Source of the DNA: Bacillota bacterium
Lineage (GTDB): Bacteria > Bacillota > Clostridia > Saccharofermentanales > DTU023
Length of the DNA stretch: 64,000 bases
Direction of reading: 5' to 3'
Assembly (NCBI GenBank): GCA_023622515.1
Contig: JAMNZB010000057.1
Span: 16,243-80,242, forward strand
Position numbers and translations under genes: made by a program. This document shows, piece after piece, positions 18,395 to 27,567 of the stretch (position 1 is the stretch's first letter; each line of letters starts with the position of its first letter). Below the pieces are notes generated by a model. That model saw only the letters and a program-made list of their open reading frames with translations, was not told the origin of the DNA and made no database searches.

Positions 18395-19743
18395 TGTCTT
18401 ATTACGTTCCTATAAGTAGGGAAGAACGTAGGAAGATGCTCGAGAGCGTTGGCGTCTCTTTAGATGACCTTTATGCCCATATTCCGGCAGAATTGCGGGT
18501 AAAACGCGATTCGCTCAAGAAGATGGCTGAAAAAGGTATGTCTGAGTTCGAATTAAAGCGTTATTTCTCAGAAGCCGCCTCCTTGAATAAAACTGTAGAC
18601 GAGTATGACTCCTACCTGGGCGCAGGGTGTTATGACCACTATATTCCCAGTGCTCTGGGGCATATCACAAGCCGTCAAGAGTTTTTAACTTCCTACACTC
18701 CCTATCAGCAAGAAATTTCCCAAGGTACACTACAAGCAACCTTTGAATGGCAGACTTATATCAGCAGATTAACCGGAATGGATGTGTCTAACTCATCCAT
18801 GTACGATGGGGCCACGGCTGCGGCAGAGGCTGCTCTGATGGCTTTCCGCGAAAAAAGAAGAGCCAGTAAAATTTGGCTTTCTGCCGGCCTGCATCCGGAA
18901 TATCTTGAAGTGGTTAAAACCTACTTGGATTTCCAGAATTTAGAATATGAAGTGGGTGAACTTAATGCCGATGGCAGAAGCTGTGACTCCTTCCCCGAGG
19001 GTGAGGGCTATGCAGCTTTCGTGGTCCAAAGCCCCAACTTCTACGGTGTTATTGAAGATCTTGATGGCTTAGTTGCTGCAGCCCACAAAAACAAGGCTCT
19101 TGCTATAGCCGTTTGTGACCCCTTTGCCCTTGCCCTCTTCAAAACTCCCGGCGAAGCCGGTTGTGATATTGTTGTTGGCGAGGCCCAGGTACTCGGCACA
19201 GGCCTCAACTATGGCGGACCCTCTTTAGGCTACATGTGTTGCACTGATGCCCTGGTGCGTAAAATGCCCGGGCGTATTTGCGGGCAAACTGTTGACGCCG
19301 ACGGAGAAACAGCCTATGTTTTGACCCTGCAGGCCCGTGAGCAACATATCCGTCGTGAGCGTGCAACCTCCAATATCTGTACCGCCCAAGCCTTAATGGC
19401 AACAACGGCCGCAATTTACATGGCCTTGATGGGTAGGGACGGTATGCGTGAAGTGGCCCTCCAATCAGCAGATAAAGCAAAATATTTGCATGACAAACTT
19501 GTTGCCACAGGACTTTTCAGCTCCCTCTATCCCTCTACGCCCTTTTTCCGTGAATTTGCGGTAAAAGCAGATGAGTCACTCGACTTGAATGCCCTGAACA
19601 AGGCCCTGCTTGAGGAAGGAATTATTGGCGGAGCCGTGTTAGAGGAGAATGTATGGCTGCTTGCCGTTACAGAAAAGAAACAAAAAGAAAATCTTGACCG
19701 CTTTGTTGAAGTGGTTGAAAAATTAGCAAGGAAGGGGGCTTAA
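18394..19743 (+). CDS. gcvPA: Glycine dehydrogenase (decarboxylating) subunit 1
   Basis: TSYTPYQQEISQGTLQATFEWQT, with the ATG overlapping the gcvH stop (TAATG). Typical split P-protein arrangement. Confidence 0.92.
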   Translation: MSYYVPISREERRKMLESVGVSLDDLYAHIPAELRVKRDSLKKMAEKGMSEFELKRYFSEAASLNKTVDEYDSYLGAGCYDHYIPSALGHITSRQEFLTSYTPYQQEISQGTLQATFEWQTYISRLTGMDVSNSSMYDGATAAAEAALMAFREKRRASKIWLSAGLHPEYLEVVKTYLDFQNLEYEVGELNADGRSCDSFPEGEGYAAFVVQSPNFYGVIEDLDGLVAAAHKNKALAIAVCDPFALALFKTPGEAGCDIVVGEAQVLGTGLNYGGPSLGYMCCTDALVRKMPGRICGQTVDADGETAYVLTLQAREQHIRRERATSNICTAQALMATTAAIYMALMGRDGMREVALQSADKAKYLHDKLVATGLFSSLYPSTPFFREFAVKADESLDLNALNKALLEEGIIGGAVLEENVWLLAVTEKKQKENLDRFVEVVEKLARKGA

Positions 19744-19746
19744 TTC

Positions 19747-21195
19747 ATGTTAGTGAATGATAAAAAATTAATCTTTGAATTGCCGGAAACCGGTGGAAGA
19801 AGAGAGTTTATTCCGACAGAAGACCGCCTTTCAGATTCTCTGGAATCCTGGTATGGCAAAGATAATTTGCGTGAAGAACTCCCTTTCCCGAATCTGGCAG
19901 AAATACAAGTATTGCGTCATTACACCAATTTATCCTCGAAGAATTTTGGTGTAGAGAACGGTCCCTATCCGCTTGGCTCTTGTACTATGAAGTACAACCC
20001 CAAAGTCAATGAGGATATCGTTGCCTTACCGGGCTTTAAGAATGTCCACCCCTTGCAACCCTATGAGACCGTTCAAGGTACCTTGAAGGCCCTGTATCAC
20101 AATGAGGAATTACTCTGTGACCTGACCGGTATGGACCGTTTTACCTTCCAGCCTGCAGCAGGTGCCCACGGCGAGTTGGTTGGTGTTATGCTCATTGGGG
20201 CCTACCACAGAGATCGCGGCGATGATAAACGTAAATATATGCTGGTTCCCGACTCGGCCCACGGTACAAACCCGGCTTCTGCTGTCATGGGCGGATTTAA
20301 GGTGCGTGAAGTAAAATCGGATGAACATGGTGAAGTGGATATCGAAGACTTAAAAGCCAAATTGGATGATGAAGTTGCCGGTATGATGCTGACCAATCCG
20401 AATACATTGGGTATTTTTGAATGCAAGGTGCAAGAGATTACTCGCTTAGTTCATGAGGCCGGCGGCTTGATGTATTATGACGGAGCTAACCTCAATCCTA
20501 TTATGATGCAAGTTCGCCCCGGCGACATGGGCTTTGATGTTGTTCACCTGAATGTACATAAGACCTTGTCCACACCACATGGTGGAGGTGGCCCGGGTGC
20601 AGGCCCTGTAGGCTGTAAGGCAATTTTAGAGCCTTATTTACCCGTTCCTGTTCTGGAGAAAAAAGATGACTTTTATTTCTGGGACTATGACAGACCTAAA
20701 TCCTTCGGTAGAGTCCGCTCATTCTATGGAGCGGTTGCTGTTATGCTTCGCAGCCAGGCCTATATTATGGCTAACGGTATCGAGGGTCTTTCCGATGCGG
20801 CGGAAGCGGCTGTTGCTAATGCAAACTACCTCTTCCACAGCTTAAAAGAATATTTTGATACCTCAAGTGATAGGCCGGTCATGCATGAATTTGTTTTCTC
20901 CGGTGACAGGCAAGCTAAGCTGGGCTGCACGACAAACGATATGGCCAAGCGTATGATTGATTTCGGTATCCATCCGCCGACTGTCTATTTCCCGCTTACT
21001 GTTCATGAAGCCATGATGGTTGAGCCGACAGATACAGAGACAAAAGAGGGCCTTGACAAGATTGTTGAAGCCTTTAAAGCAATTGCTCGTGAGGTTGAAG
21101 AATGTCCTGAGCTGCTCCATGAAGCCCCACACCACACCCCGGTGAGAAGGCCCGATGAAGTAAAAGCAGCAAAAGATTTAATTTTAAAAGCTTAG
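19747..21195 (+). CDS. gcvPB: Glycine dehydrogenase (decarboxylating) subunit 2
   Basis: GSCTMKYNP and the PLP-lysine region HLNVHKTLSTPHGGGGPGAGPV. Confidence 0.92.
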   Translation: MLVNDKKLIFELPETGGRREFIPTEDRLSDSLESWYGKDNLREELPFPNLAEIQVLRHYTNLSSKNFGVENGPYPLGSCTMKYNPKVNEDIVALPGFKNVHPLQPYETVQGTLKALYHNEELLCDLTGMDRFTFQPAAGAHGELVGVMLIGAYHRDRGDDKRKYMLVPDSAHGTNPASAVMGGFKVREVKSDEHGEVDIEDLKAKLDDEVAGMMLTNPNTLGIFECKVQEITRLVHEAGGLMYYDGANLNPIMMQVRPGDMGFDVVHLNVHKTLSTPHGGGGPGAGPVGCKAILEPYLPVPVLEKKDDFYFWDYDRPKSFGRVRSFYGAVAVMLRSQAYIMANGIEGLSDAAEAAVANANYLFHSLKEYFDTSSDRPVMHEFVFSGDRQAKLGCTTNDMAKRMIDFGIHPPTVYFPLTVHEAMMVEPTDTETKEGLDKIVEAFKAIAREVEECPELLHEAPHHTPVRRPDEVKAAKDLILKA

Positions 21196-21210
21196 TAAAA
21201 AACGATAAGC

Positions 21211-21248
21211 AAGGCTTGGTCCTGTACAGGACCAAGCCTTATATTTTC
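21211..21248 (+). terminator. Rho-independent terminator after gcvPB
   Basis: A 12-bp stem AAGGCTTGGTCC / GGACCAAGCCTT with a TGTACA loop, followed by ATATTTTC. Confidence 0.7.
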
Positions 21249-21278
21249 GAGGGGAAAAACTCAAAAAAGGAGAAAGAA

Positions 21279-22364
21279 ATGGCAATAAAAGTTGCAATAA
21301 ACGGATTTGGTAGAATTGGGCGTCTAGTACTGAGAGCCTTTGCGGATAGAGATTTGTTAGGGAAAGAAATTGACGTAGTAGCAATTACGACTAGAGATTG
21401 TGATGCTGCTTATGAAGCCTATAAGCTGAATTATGACTCAGCTCAAGGACGTTTTAAATATAAGATTTCCAGTAAAAAGAGTTCGGCAGACAAGCCCCAT
21501 GATGATGTCTTAGTTGTACATGGCAAGAATGGTGAAGATGCCATTCAGTTAATTACTCGTGCCGACCATCCTTCAAAGCTACCTTGGAAAGAACTTGCTG
21601 TTGACTATGTTATTGAAAGTTCCGGGAAGTTCAACAATCTTGATGATGCTAAAGGCCATCTTGAAGCCGGTGCTAAAAAGGTTATCCTTACTGCACCCGG
21701 CAAGGGTGGGGTAAAAACCTTTGTTATGGGTGTTAACCATGAGAACTATGTTCCCGAAGAGGATCATGTCATTTCTAATGCTTCCTGCACCACAAACTGC
21801 TTGGCTCCTGTCGTTCATGTTTTGATTAAAGAAGGGATTGGCATAGAAAAGGGCCTGATGACCACCATCCATGCCTACACTTCCTCCCAGTTTGCGGTTG
21901 ACTCAACCTCGACAAAAAATTGGCGTATCGGCCGGGCTGCAGCCACAAACATTATTCCTACAACTACCGGTGCGGCCAAAGCTGTTGCCGAAGTTATCCC
22001 TGAGGTGAAGGGAATCATGACCGGTATGGCCTTCCGGGTGCCGACAATTACAGGATCTGCTGTTGACTTGACGGTTACGACAAAGCGTGACACTTCAATT
22101 GAAGAAATAGACAGTTTGATGAAGAAAGCTTCCGAAAGCTACCTGAAGGGTGTTTTAGAATATACGAAAGATCCTATTGTTTCAACGGACGTTATTGGTA
22201 ACGATGCTTCCTCTATTTACGACTCGGAAGCCAGCCTGAAGAATAACCTCCCCGGCGAGAAACGCTTCTTTAAACTGGTTAGCTGGTATGACAATGAATG
22301 GGGCTATTCCATGCGCACCGTTGATATGTTACTCTATGTTGCCGAAAAAGATGGCAAACTTTAG
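21279..22364 (+). CDS. gap: Glyceraldehyde-3-phosphate dehydrogenase
   Basis: The ATG at 21279 follows AAAGGAGAAAG. Motifs are MAIKVAINGFGRIGR, catalytic SNASCTTNCLAP and WYDNEWGYS. The upstream in-frame extension from 21216 runs through the gcvPB terminator and is rejected. Confidence 0.9.
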   Translation: MAIKVAINGFGRIGRLVLRAFADRDLLGKEIDVVAITTRDCDAAYEAYKLNYDSAQGRFKYKISSKKSSADKPHDDVLVVHGKNGEDAIQLITRADHPSKLPWKELAVDYVIESSGKFNNLDDAKGHLEAGAKKVILTAPGKGGVKTFVMGVNHENYVPEEDHVISNASCTTNCLAPVVHVLIKEGIGIEKGLMTTIHAYTSSQFAVDSTSTKNWRIGRAAATNIIPTTTGAAKAVAEVIPEVKGIMTGMAFRVPTITGSAVDLTVTTKRDTSIEEIDSLMKKASESYLKGVLEYTKDPIVSTDVIGNDASSIYDSEASLKNNLPGEKRFFKLVSWYDNEWGYSMRTVDMLLYVAEKDGKL

Positions 22365-22462
22365 AGTGATATTGTGTTACATGTGAACTAGTTTAAGTTA
22401 TCCCTTTTGTGTAGAATAGGACAAAGCAGAAATTAAATTTTTGCGAGGAAGGAGCAGTTATT

Positions 22463-23008
22463 ATGAGAATTGAAATTCATGGAGTAAACACTCAAGTAAG
22501 CGATGCTACCAGAGAGCAGACAAATAAAAAGTTAGAAAAATTTCAACGGATATTCAAAGGTGAAAATGCCATTTGTACGGTAAAGTATCAACCGGCGAAG
22601 AGAGGAATGAGTGTTGAAATAACTTTAAAAATACGTCGTCATATGTATCGCGTTGAATCCGAAGCTCAAGACTCGATTACTGCGCTGGATGAAGCAGTCA
22701 GTAACCTTGAAAGAAAAATTCGCAAGCATAAGACAAAAATAAAAAGAAATAGACACGCTGCACCTGAATTGCCAACCTACTTTGAAGCTGTTCCGGAGTT
22801 GGAAGAGGCAGAAGTAGCCGAGGAAGTTCCCAAGATTGCCCGCCGGAAAAAGTTTGCTATTGATGTCATGGATCCGGAAGAAGCGGCATTACAGATGGAG
22901 TTGATTGGCCATGACTTTTTCATTTTTATCAATGCGGAAACAGGGCAAGTGTCTGTATTATATAGACGACATGATAATAATTATGGTCTTTTAGAGCCGG
23001 AATACTAA
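22463..23008 (+). CDS. hpf: Ribosome hibernation promoting factor, long form
   Basis: 181 aa with an N-terminal S30AE domain (MRIEIHGVNTQVSDATRE...KIRKHK) and a C-terminal dimerisation domain (KFAIDVMDPEEAALQMELIGHDFFIFINAETGQVSVLYRR). Confidence 0.9.
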   Translation: MRIEIHGVNTQVSDATREQTNKKLEKFQRIFKGENAICTVKYQPAKRGMSVEITLKIRRHMYRVESEAQDSITALDEAVSNLERKIRKHKTKIKRNRHAAPELPTYFEAVPELEEAEVAEEVPKIARRKKFAIDVMDPEEAALQMELIGHDFFIFINAETGQVSVLYRRHDNNYGLLEPEY

Positions 23009-23014
23009 AAAGGA

Positions 23015-23040
23015 GAAGGGACGCAAGTCCCTTCCTTTTA
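23015..23040 (+). terminator. Rho-independent terminator after hpf
   Basis: Stem GAAGGGAC / GTCCCTTC with a GCAA loop, followed by CTTTTA. Confidence 0.7.
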
Positions 23041-23069
23041 CTCATATTGAAAATCGTAAAGGAGCATTA

Positions 23070-25523
23070 ATGTACGATTTCCCTCGAGAATCTACTCGGA
23101 TTACCGACAAGTTAAACCCTCAACAGAAAGAGGCTGTCACCTACGGGGATGGCCCTTTGCTAATTTTTGCGGGAGCGGGCTCCGGTAAAACACGGGTTAT
23201 TACAAACCGGATTGCCTGGCTTGTTAGCCGGGGCGTTCACCCTGCGGAAATATTAGCTATCACTTTTACAAATAAAGCGGCCAATGAGATGAAAGACCGG
23301 CTGGAAACTTTGCTGGGCATGGTTGCACAAAGAATGTGGGTCGGAACCTTTCACAGCATGTTACTCCGAATCTTGCGGCGGCATGCTGAGGAACTGGGCT
23401 TTACCCCCAATTTCACGATACTTGATACGGATGACCAGCAAACTCTCTTAAAGCAGTTGATGAAGAGCTTGCGTATTGATGAAAAGGCGCTTTCCGTTCG
23501 TGAAGCCCAGTCTTTTATCAGCCGCCACAAAAACCAGTTGCACTGGCCGGAGGACATTCCTTCCGGAAATTGGAGCAAGTATTTATATTACAACGAGCTC
23601 ATTGAACTCTACCGGGCTTATCTAAGGGCACTCAAAGAACAAAACAGCATGGACTTTGATGATATTTTGCTTTATTCTGTCCGGCTGTTTGATGATTTCC
23701 CGGAAGTTTTAGATATTTACCGCAAACGCTTTCGGCATTTGCTGGTGGATGAGTATCAAGATACGAACCATGCCCAGTATAGGGTAATTCAACAGTTATC
23801 CGGCTTCCATAAGAATTTGACCGTTGTTGGTGATGATGACCAGTCGATTTACAGTTTTCGCGGGGCTAACCATGAAAACATTCTAAATTTTGAGCAAGAC
23901 TTTCCTAATTGCCATATCATAAAATTAGAGCAAAATTATCGCTCTACCGGAACGATTCTAGAAGCGGCAAATGCCGTTATTGCAAACAATCAGGCAAGAA
24001 AAGAGAAAGAGCTTTGGACGGCTAACGTCAAGGGTGAGCCGATTCAGTTTTATAGGGCCAATGACCAGTACGACGAGGCAAGGTGGGTGGCAAAAGAAAT
24101 TAAGCGACTCAGCACAAGAAGGGAAAATCCGATTGCCCCGCAGGAGATTGGTATTATGTATCGGGTAAATGCCCTAAGCAGGAATATTGAGTCCGCCTTG
24201 CGTGAAGAAGGAATCCCTTACCATATTTACGGTGGGGTAGGCTTTTATGAGCGCAAAGAAATTCGCGATATTTTAGCCTACTTGCGCCTGCTTATCTCAG
24301 AAGAAGACCGCTTGGCCTTTCAACGCGTGGTGAATACACCCAGGAGAGGGATTGGCGATGTCACGATTGACCGGGTGATGGATCATGCGACAGCTGAAGG
24401 AAAAAGTCCCCTGGATATTGCCGGACGTGCTTCGCAATATCCTGATCTCGCCTATGCAGCATCACGCTTACAGGCTTTTGCTCACTTGATCCGTGATATG
24501 CGAGAAAGTATGCAAAAAGACGCCAAAAGCTTTCCGGAATTCCTCCGTTATGTTGCTGAAGAATCCGGCTTAATCCCCTTTTGGGAGACAGAATTGGCAA
24601 AAGGGAGTTTAGAAGCAGAGAGTCGCTTGCAAAATCTGGAAGAGTTGCGTTCCGACGCCCTGGAGTTTGAAGCCAGACAGGAAGAGGATATGCGCCTCTT
24701 AACCGAGTTGGCTGAGCGCTTTGGTGATGATGGGATGAACCGGGTGCTTTTTGAAGATAGGCATGGGGAGGTTGCAGAGGGCCTCACGCTAACGGCACTT
24801 ACCGGGGCATTCCTCGAAAACACCAGTTTGTACACCTCGGCGGATGAGGAGGAAATGGGCGGTGCAGTCTCTTTGTTGACGGTGCATAGCGCCAAGGGCT
24901 TGGAATTTGATGCGGCTTTTGTTGTTGGTATGGAAGAAGGTATTTTCCCCGGTTTTCGTTCTCATAATTCAAAATCTGAGATGGAGGAAGAGAGAAGGCT
25001 GGCCTATGTCGCTATTACCAGGGCACGCAAACACCTTTATTTAAGTTCAGCCAGGGCGCGTCTTTTATATGGCAGAAGTTCTTATAATCCGGTTTCCCAG
25101 TTCCTTGCTGAAATACCGGGTGACTACATAGAAGAACTGGGCGGCTCACGATTTGGTGATGGTGAATACCTTAAAGAAGAGGCGGGCTATCCCGGTACAT
25201 CCTTTGTGGAAAAAAGGCAATGGGATAATCCAACAAGCTCTGTGGGGCAAGCCGGGACCGGGCTGAGCGGGGCGATAGCCGCCAAAGAAAATCCTTTTGC
25301 AAAAAAGCACCGTCCCAATATCAATAAGAACACTATGAAAACGAAACGAAATTTACAAGAACTGGCTATCGGAACAAAAGTTCGGCATAAACGTTTTGGT
25401 GAGGGTGTACTCTTGAAAATAGAGAAGTTAAGCCATGATGCTATCCTCAGCATTGATTTTTCAGGAAAAATAAAACATATGACTGCGGGAATGGCGAAAT
25501 TGGATATTGTTGACAAAGAGTAA
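23070..25523 (+). CDS. pcrA: ATP-dependent DNA helicase PcrA (UvrD family)
   Basis: LNPQQKEAV, Walker A AGAGSGKTRV, DEYQDTN, NYRST, VHSAKGLEF, RRLAYVAITRA, and a C-terminal Tudor-like tail (GTKVRHKRFGEGVLL); 817 aa. Confidence 0.92.
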   Translation: MYDFPRESTRITDKLNPQQKEAVTYGDGPLLIFAGAGSGKTRVITNRIAWLVSRGVHPAEILAITFTNKAANEMKDRLETLLGMVAQRMWVGTFHSMLLRILRRHAEELGFTPNFTILDTDDQQTLLKQLMKSLRIDEKALSVREAQSFISRHKNQLHWPEDIPSGNWSKYLYYNELIELYRAYLRALKEQNSMDFDDILLYSVRLFDDFPEVLDIYRKRFRHLLVDEYQDTNHAQYRVIQQLSGFHKNLTVVGDDDQSIYSFRGANHENILNFEQDFPNCHIIKLEQNYRSTGTILEAANAVIANNQARKEKELWTANVKGEPIQFYRANDQYDEARWVAKEIKRLSTRRENPIAPQEIGIMYRVNALSRNIESALREEGIPYHIYGGVGFYERKEIRDILAYLRLLISEEDRLAFQRVVNTPRRGIGDVTIDRVMDHATAEGKSPLDIAGRASQYPDLAYAASRLQAFAHLIRDMRESMQKDAKSFPEFLRYVAEESGLIPFWETELAKGSLEAESRLQNLEELRSDALEFEARQEEDMRLLTELAERFGDDGMNRVLFEDRHGEVAEGLTLTALTGAFLENTSLYTSADEEEMGGAVSLLTVHSAKGLEFDAAFVVGMEEGIFPGFRSHNSKSEMEEERRLAYVAITRARKHLYLSSARARLLYGRSSYNPVSQFLAEIPGDYIEELGGSRFGDGEYLKEEAGYPGTSFVEKRQWDNPTSSVGQAGTGLSGAIAAKENPFAKKHRPNINKNTMKTKRNLQELAIGTKVRHKRFGEGVLLKIEKLSHDAILSIDFSGKIKHMTAGMAKLDIVDKE

Positions 25524-25538
25524 AGATGAAGGTGAAAT

Positions 25539-26687
25539 ATGCCTGGCAAAGAAACAATTAGCATTCGTCAAGAAAAGGAAAGGGCGGAACTAATGCGCCT
25601 TAGTCCCTTTGCGGCACATTCACAAAAATCTCGCGGGAGAAAAAGGAAAGAGGCGGAATGTCAAACACGGACGATTTATGAACGGGATGTGGGCCGAATT
25701 ATCTACACCCGGGAATTTCGCCGCCTGCGCCATAAAACACAAGTTTTCTTCAATCCCAGAAGCGACCATGTTTGCACCCGTATGGAACATGTAATATACG
25801 TCTCCTATATCGCCCGGACAATTGGCAGTTCCTTAAGGTTGAACTGCGACCTCATTGAGGCGATTGCCCTTGGTCATGATATAGGACATGCTCCCTTTGG
25901 CCATAGCGGTGAGGCGGAAATTAATGCCATATTAAAGCGAGAACAATCAGATATGGTCTTCCAGCATGAGGGCCACAGTTTACGTGTTTTAGATATTTTG
26001 GCTGAACGCGACGGGAAAGCCGGGGGCTTAAATTTGAGTTTTGAGGTCCGAGATGGCATAGCTTCGCATTGTGGGGAAAAATATCTGGAAGCAAGATTAA
26101 TCCCGCAAGCTATGAAGAGCGAGGAGGATATGCTTAAGGGGATTAAGACCCATGCCCTCCCGGCAACTTTGGAAGGCTGTGTTGTACGCATAGCCGACCG
26201 CATTGCCTATTTGGGGCGAGATATTGAAGATGCCGCGCGGGCCGGTTTGATGGATTTTACTGATATACCCGGAGATATCAAAAAAAGCTTGGGGAAAAGC
26301 AATGGCGAAATCGTGAACAGCCTCGTCACCGATATTATTTCTGAGAGCAGGGGGAAAAATGAAATTAGCCTTTCCCGGGAAAAAGCCGAAAGTATGAGCC
26401 GCTTGTTGCAAATCAACAGCCTGCAAATTTACCAGGCAAACAAAGTTCGCCGCTATGAATTTCTGGTTCGGCAAATTATTGACGGTTTGTATCAGGCCTA
26501 TAAAACGGCACTTGAAGATCCGGAGAGATTGGCTGCGGCTGAAGATGGTGTCTTACAGAATTTTTCCCGTTATATTGCCGCCCATCCGGAACCACAAGCC
26601 ACTAATCAGCGAAAAATCATTGACTATATTGCCGGAATGACGGATGCCTTTGCTACAGAAAGTTTTAACCAGCTCTATCAGATATAA
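25539..26687 (+). CDS. dGTPase-like HD-domain triphosphohydrolase (Dgt family)
   Basis: RTIYERDVGRIIYTREFRRLRHKTQVF, HVCTRMEHV, the HD motif GHDIGHAPFGHSGE, and C-terminal DYIAGMTDAFA. Confidence 0.8.
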   Translation: MPGKETISIRQEKERAELMRLSPFAAHSQKSRGRKRKEAECQTRTIYERDVGRIIYTREFRRLRHKTQVFFNPRSDHVCTRMEHVIYVSYIARTIGSSLRLNCDLIEAIALGHDIGHAPFGHSGEAEINAILKREQSDMVFQHEGHSLRVLDILAERDGKAGGLNLSFEVRDGIASHCGEKYLEARLIPQAMKSEEDMLKGIKTHALPATLEGCVVRIADRIAYLGRDIEDAARAGLMDFTDIPGDIKKSLGKSNGEIVNSLVTDIISESRGKNEISLSREKAESMSRLLQINSLQIYQANKVRRYEFLVRQIIDGLYQAYKTALEDPERLAAAEDGVLQNFSRYIAAHPEPQATNQRKIIDYIAGMTDAFATESFNQLYQI

Positions 26688-26762
26688 TATTGCATTAAAC
26701 AAATTACAGCTATAAAGTTACAAAATCTATCAGACGCAAAGCTATAGAAAGAAGGGCAGACC

Positions 26763-27380
26763 ATGTCTCCAAAGAATTATTTTTATGCCATGCTCCACCG
26801 GATGCGCTACATTAAGCGCTGGAGTTTGATGCGTAACAGCGAGGAAGAGAATGTACAAGAACACACCCTGGAAGTAGCCTATATAGCTCATGCCCTGGCC
26901 CTTATCAGCCCGAAAGTTTCGCCCGGCGAAGTTTTTGCGGACCCGAAAACCTGTGTCATGCTGGCCTTGTACCATGATGTATCGGAAATGATTACCGGCG
27001 ATCTTCCTACCCCTATAAAGTACTATAATCAAAAAATCTACGATTCCTTTTTAGAATTGGAAGAGGAAGCCCTCCAGCTTATGGTTGAAACTATTCCGGA
27101 AGCCCTGCGGGAAGAGTATGCTAAATATTTAAGACCTCAGAGCGAAGACCCCTCTTTTTTAAAGTGCCAAAGAATTGTAAAAGCAGCCGATACTTTGTCC
27201 GCCTATATTAAATGCTTGGATGAAAAGGCTGCCGGTAATAAAGACTTTGAAGATGCGGAAAAAACAATTTTGAAAAAACTTCATGCCTATCAGATGCCTG
27301 AGGTGGAATGGTTTTTGGATAGCTGTATAGAGGCCTATTCCCTGACCCTTGATGAATTGCGTGAACAAGACAGAGGGTGA
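26763..27380 (+). CDS. HD-domain 5'-deoxynucleotidase (YfbR-like)
   Basis: RMRYIKRWSLMRNSEEENVQEHTLEVAYIAH and ALYHDVSEMITGDLPTPIK; 205 aa, matching the YfbR-type HD layout. Confidence 0.75.
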   Translation: MSPKNYFYAMLHRMRYIKRWSLMRNSEEENVQEHTLEVAYIAHALALISPKVSPGEVFADPKTCVMLALYHDVSEMITGDLPTPIKYYNQKIYDSFLELEEEALQLMVETIPEALREEYAKYLRPQSEDPSFLKCQRIVKAADTLSAYIKCLDEKAAGNKDFEDAEKTILKKLHAYQMPEVEWFLDSCIEAYSLTLDELREQDRG

Positions 27381-27567
27381 AAGTAAAAGAGGCTTTTTCT
27401 CGTTACAGAGACGTTACGTTTTTCCTAAGTTTAGCTAACAAATGCCTAAATATGGGCTTTTTCAGCTTTTCGTTCAAATTTTTGTAAAGTGAAAATGCTA
27501 GAATGCTAAAAGATATTATCCTTTATTTTAGGATGGTAAATTATACTTTTAGACAGGAGAAAGTAGC

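Noticed and set aside
21216-21278. Upstream extension of the gap ORF
   Set aside because: It would start inside the gcvPB terminator hairpin. The ATG at 21279 has an AAAGGAG RBS and yields the canonical MAIKVAINGFGRIGR start.
23070-25523. PcrA/UvrD helicase as the partner of the ATPase/Toprim pair (class 2 OLD systems pair with UvrD-like helicases)
   Set aside because: It lies ~14 kb away, separated by many housekeeping operons and terminators. It also has all the features of the essential PcrA, including the C-terminal Tudor-like domain.
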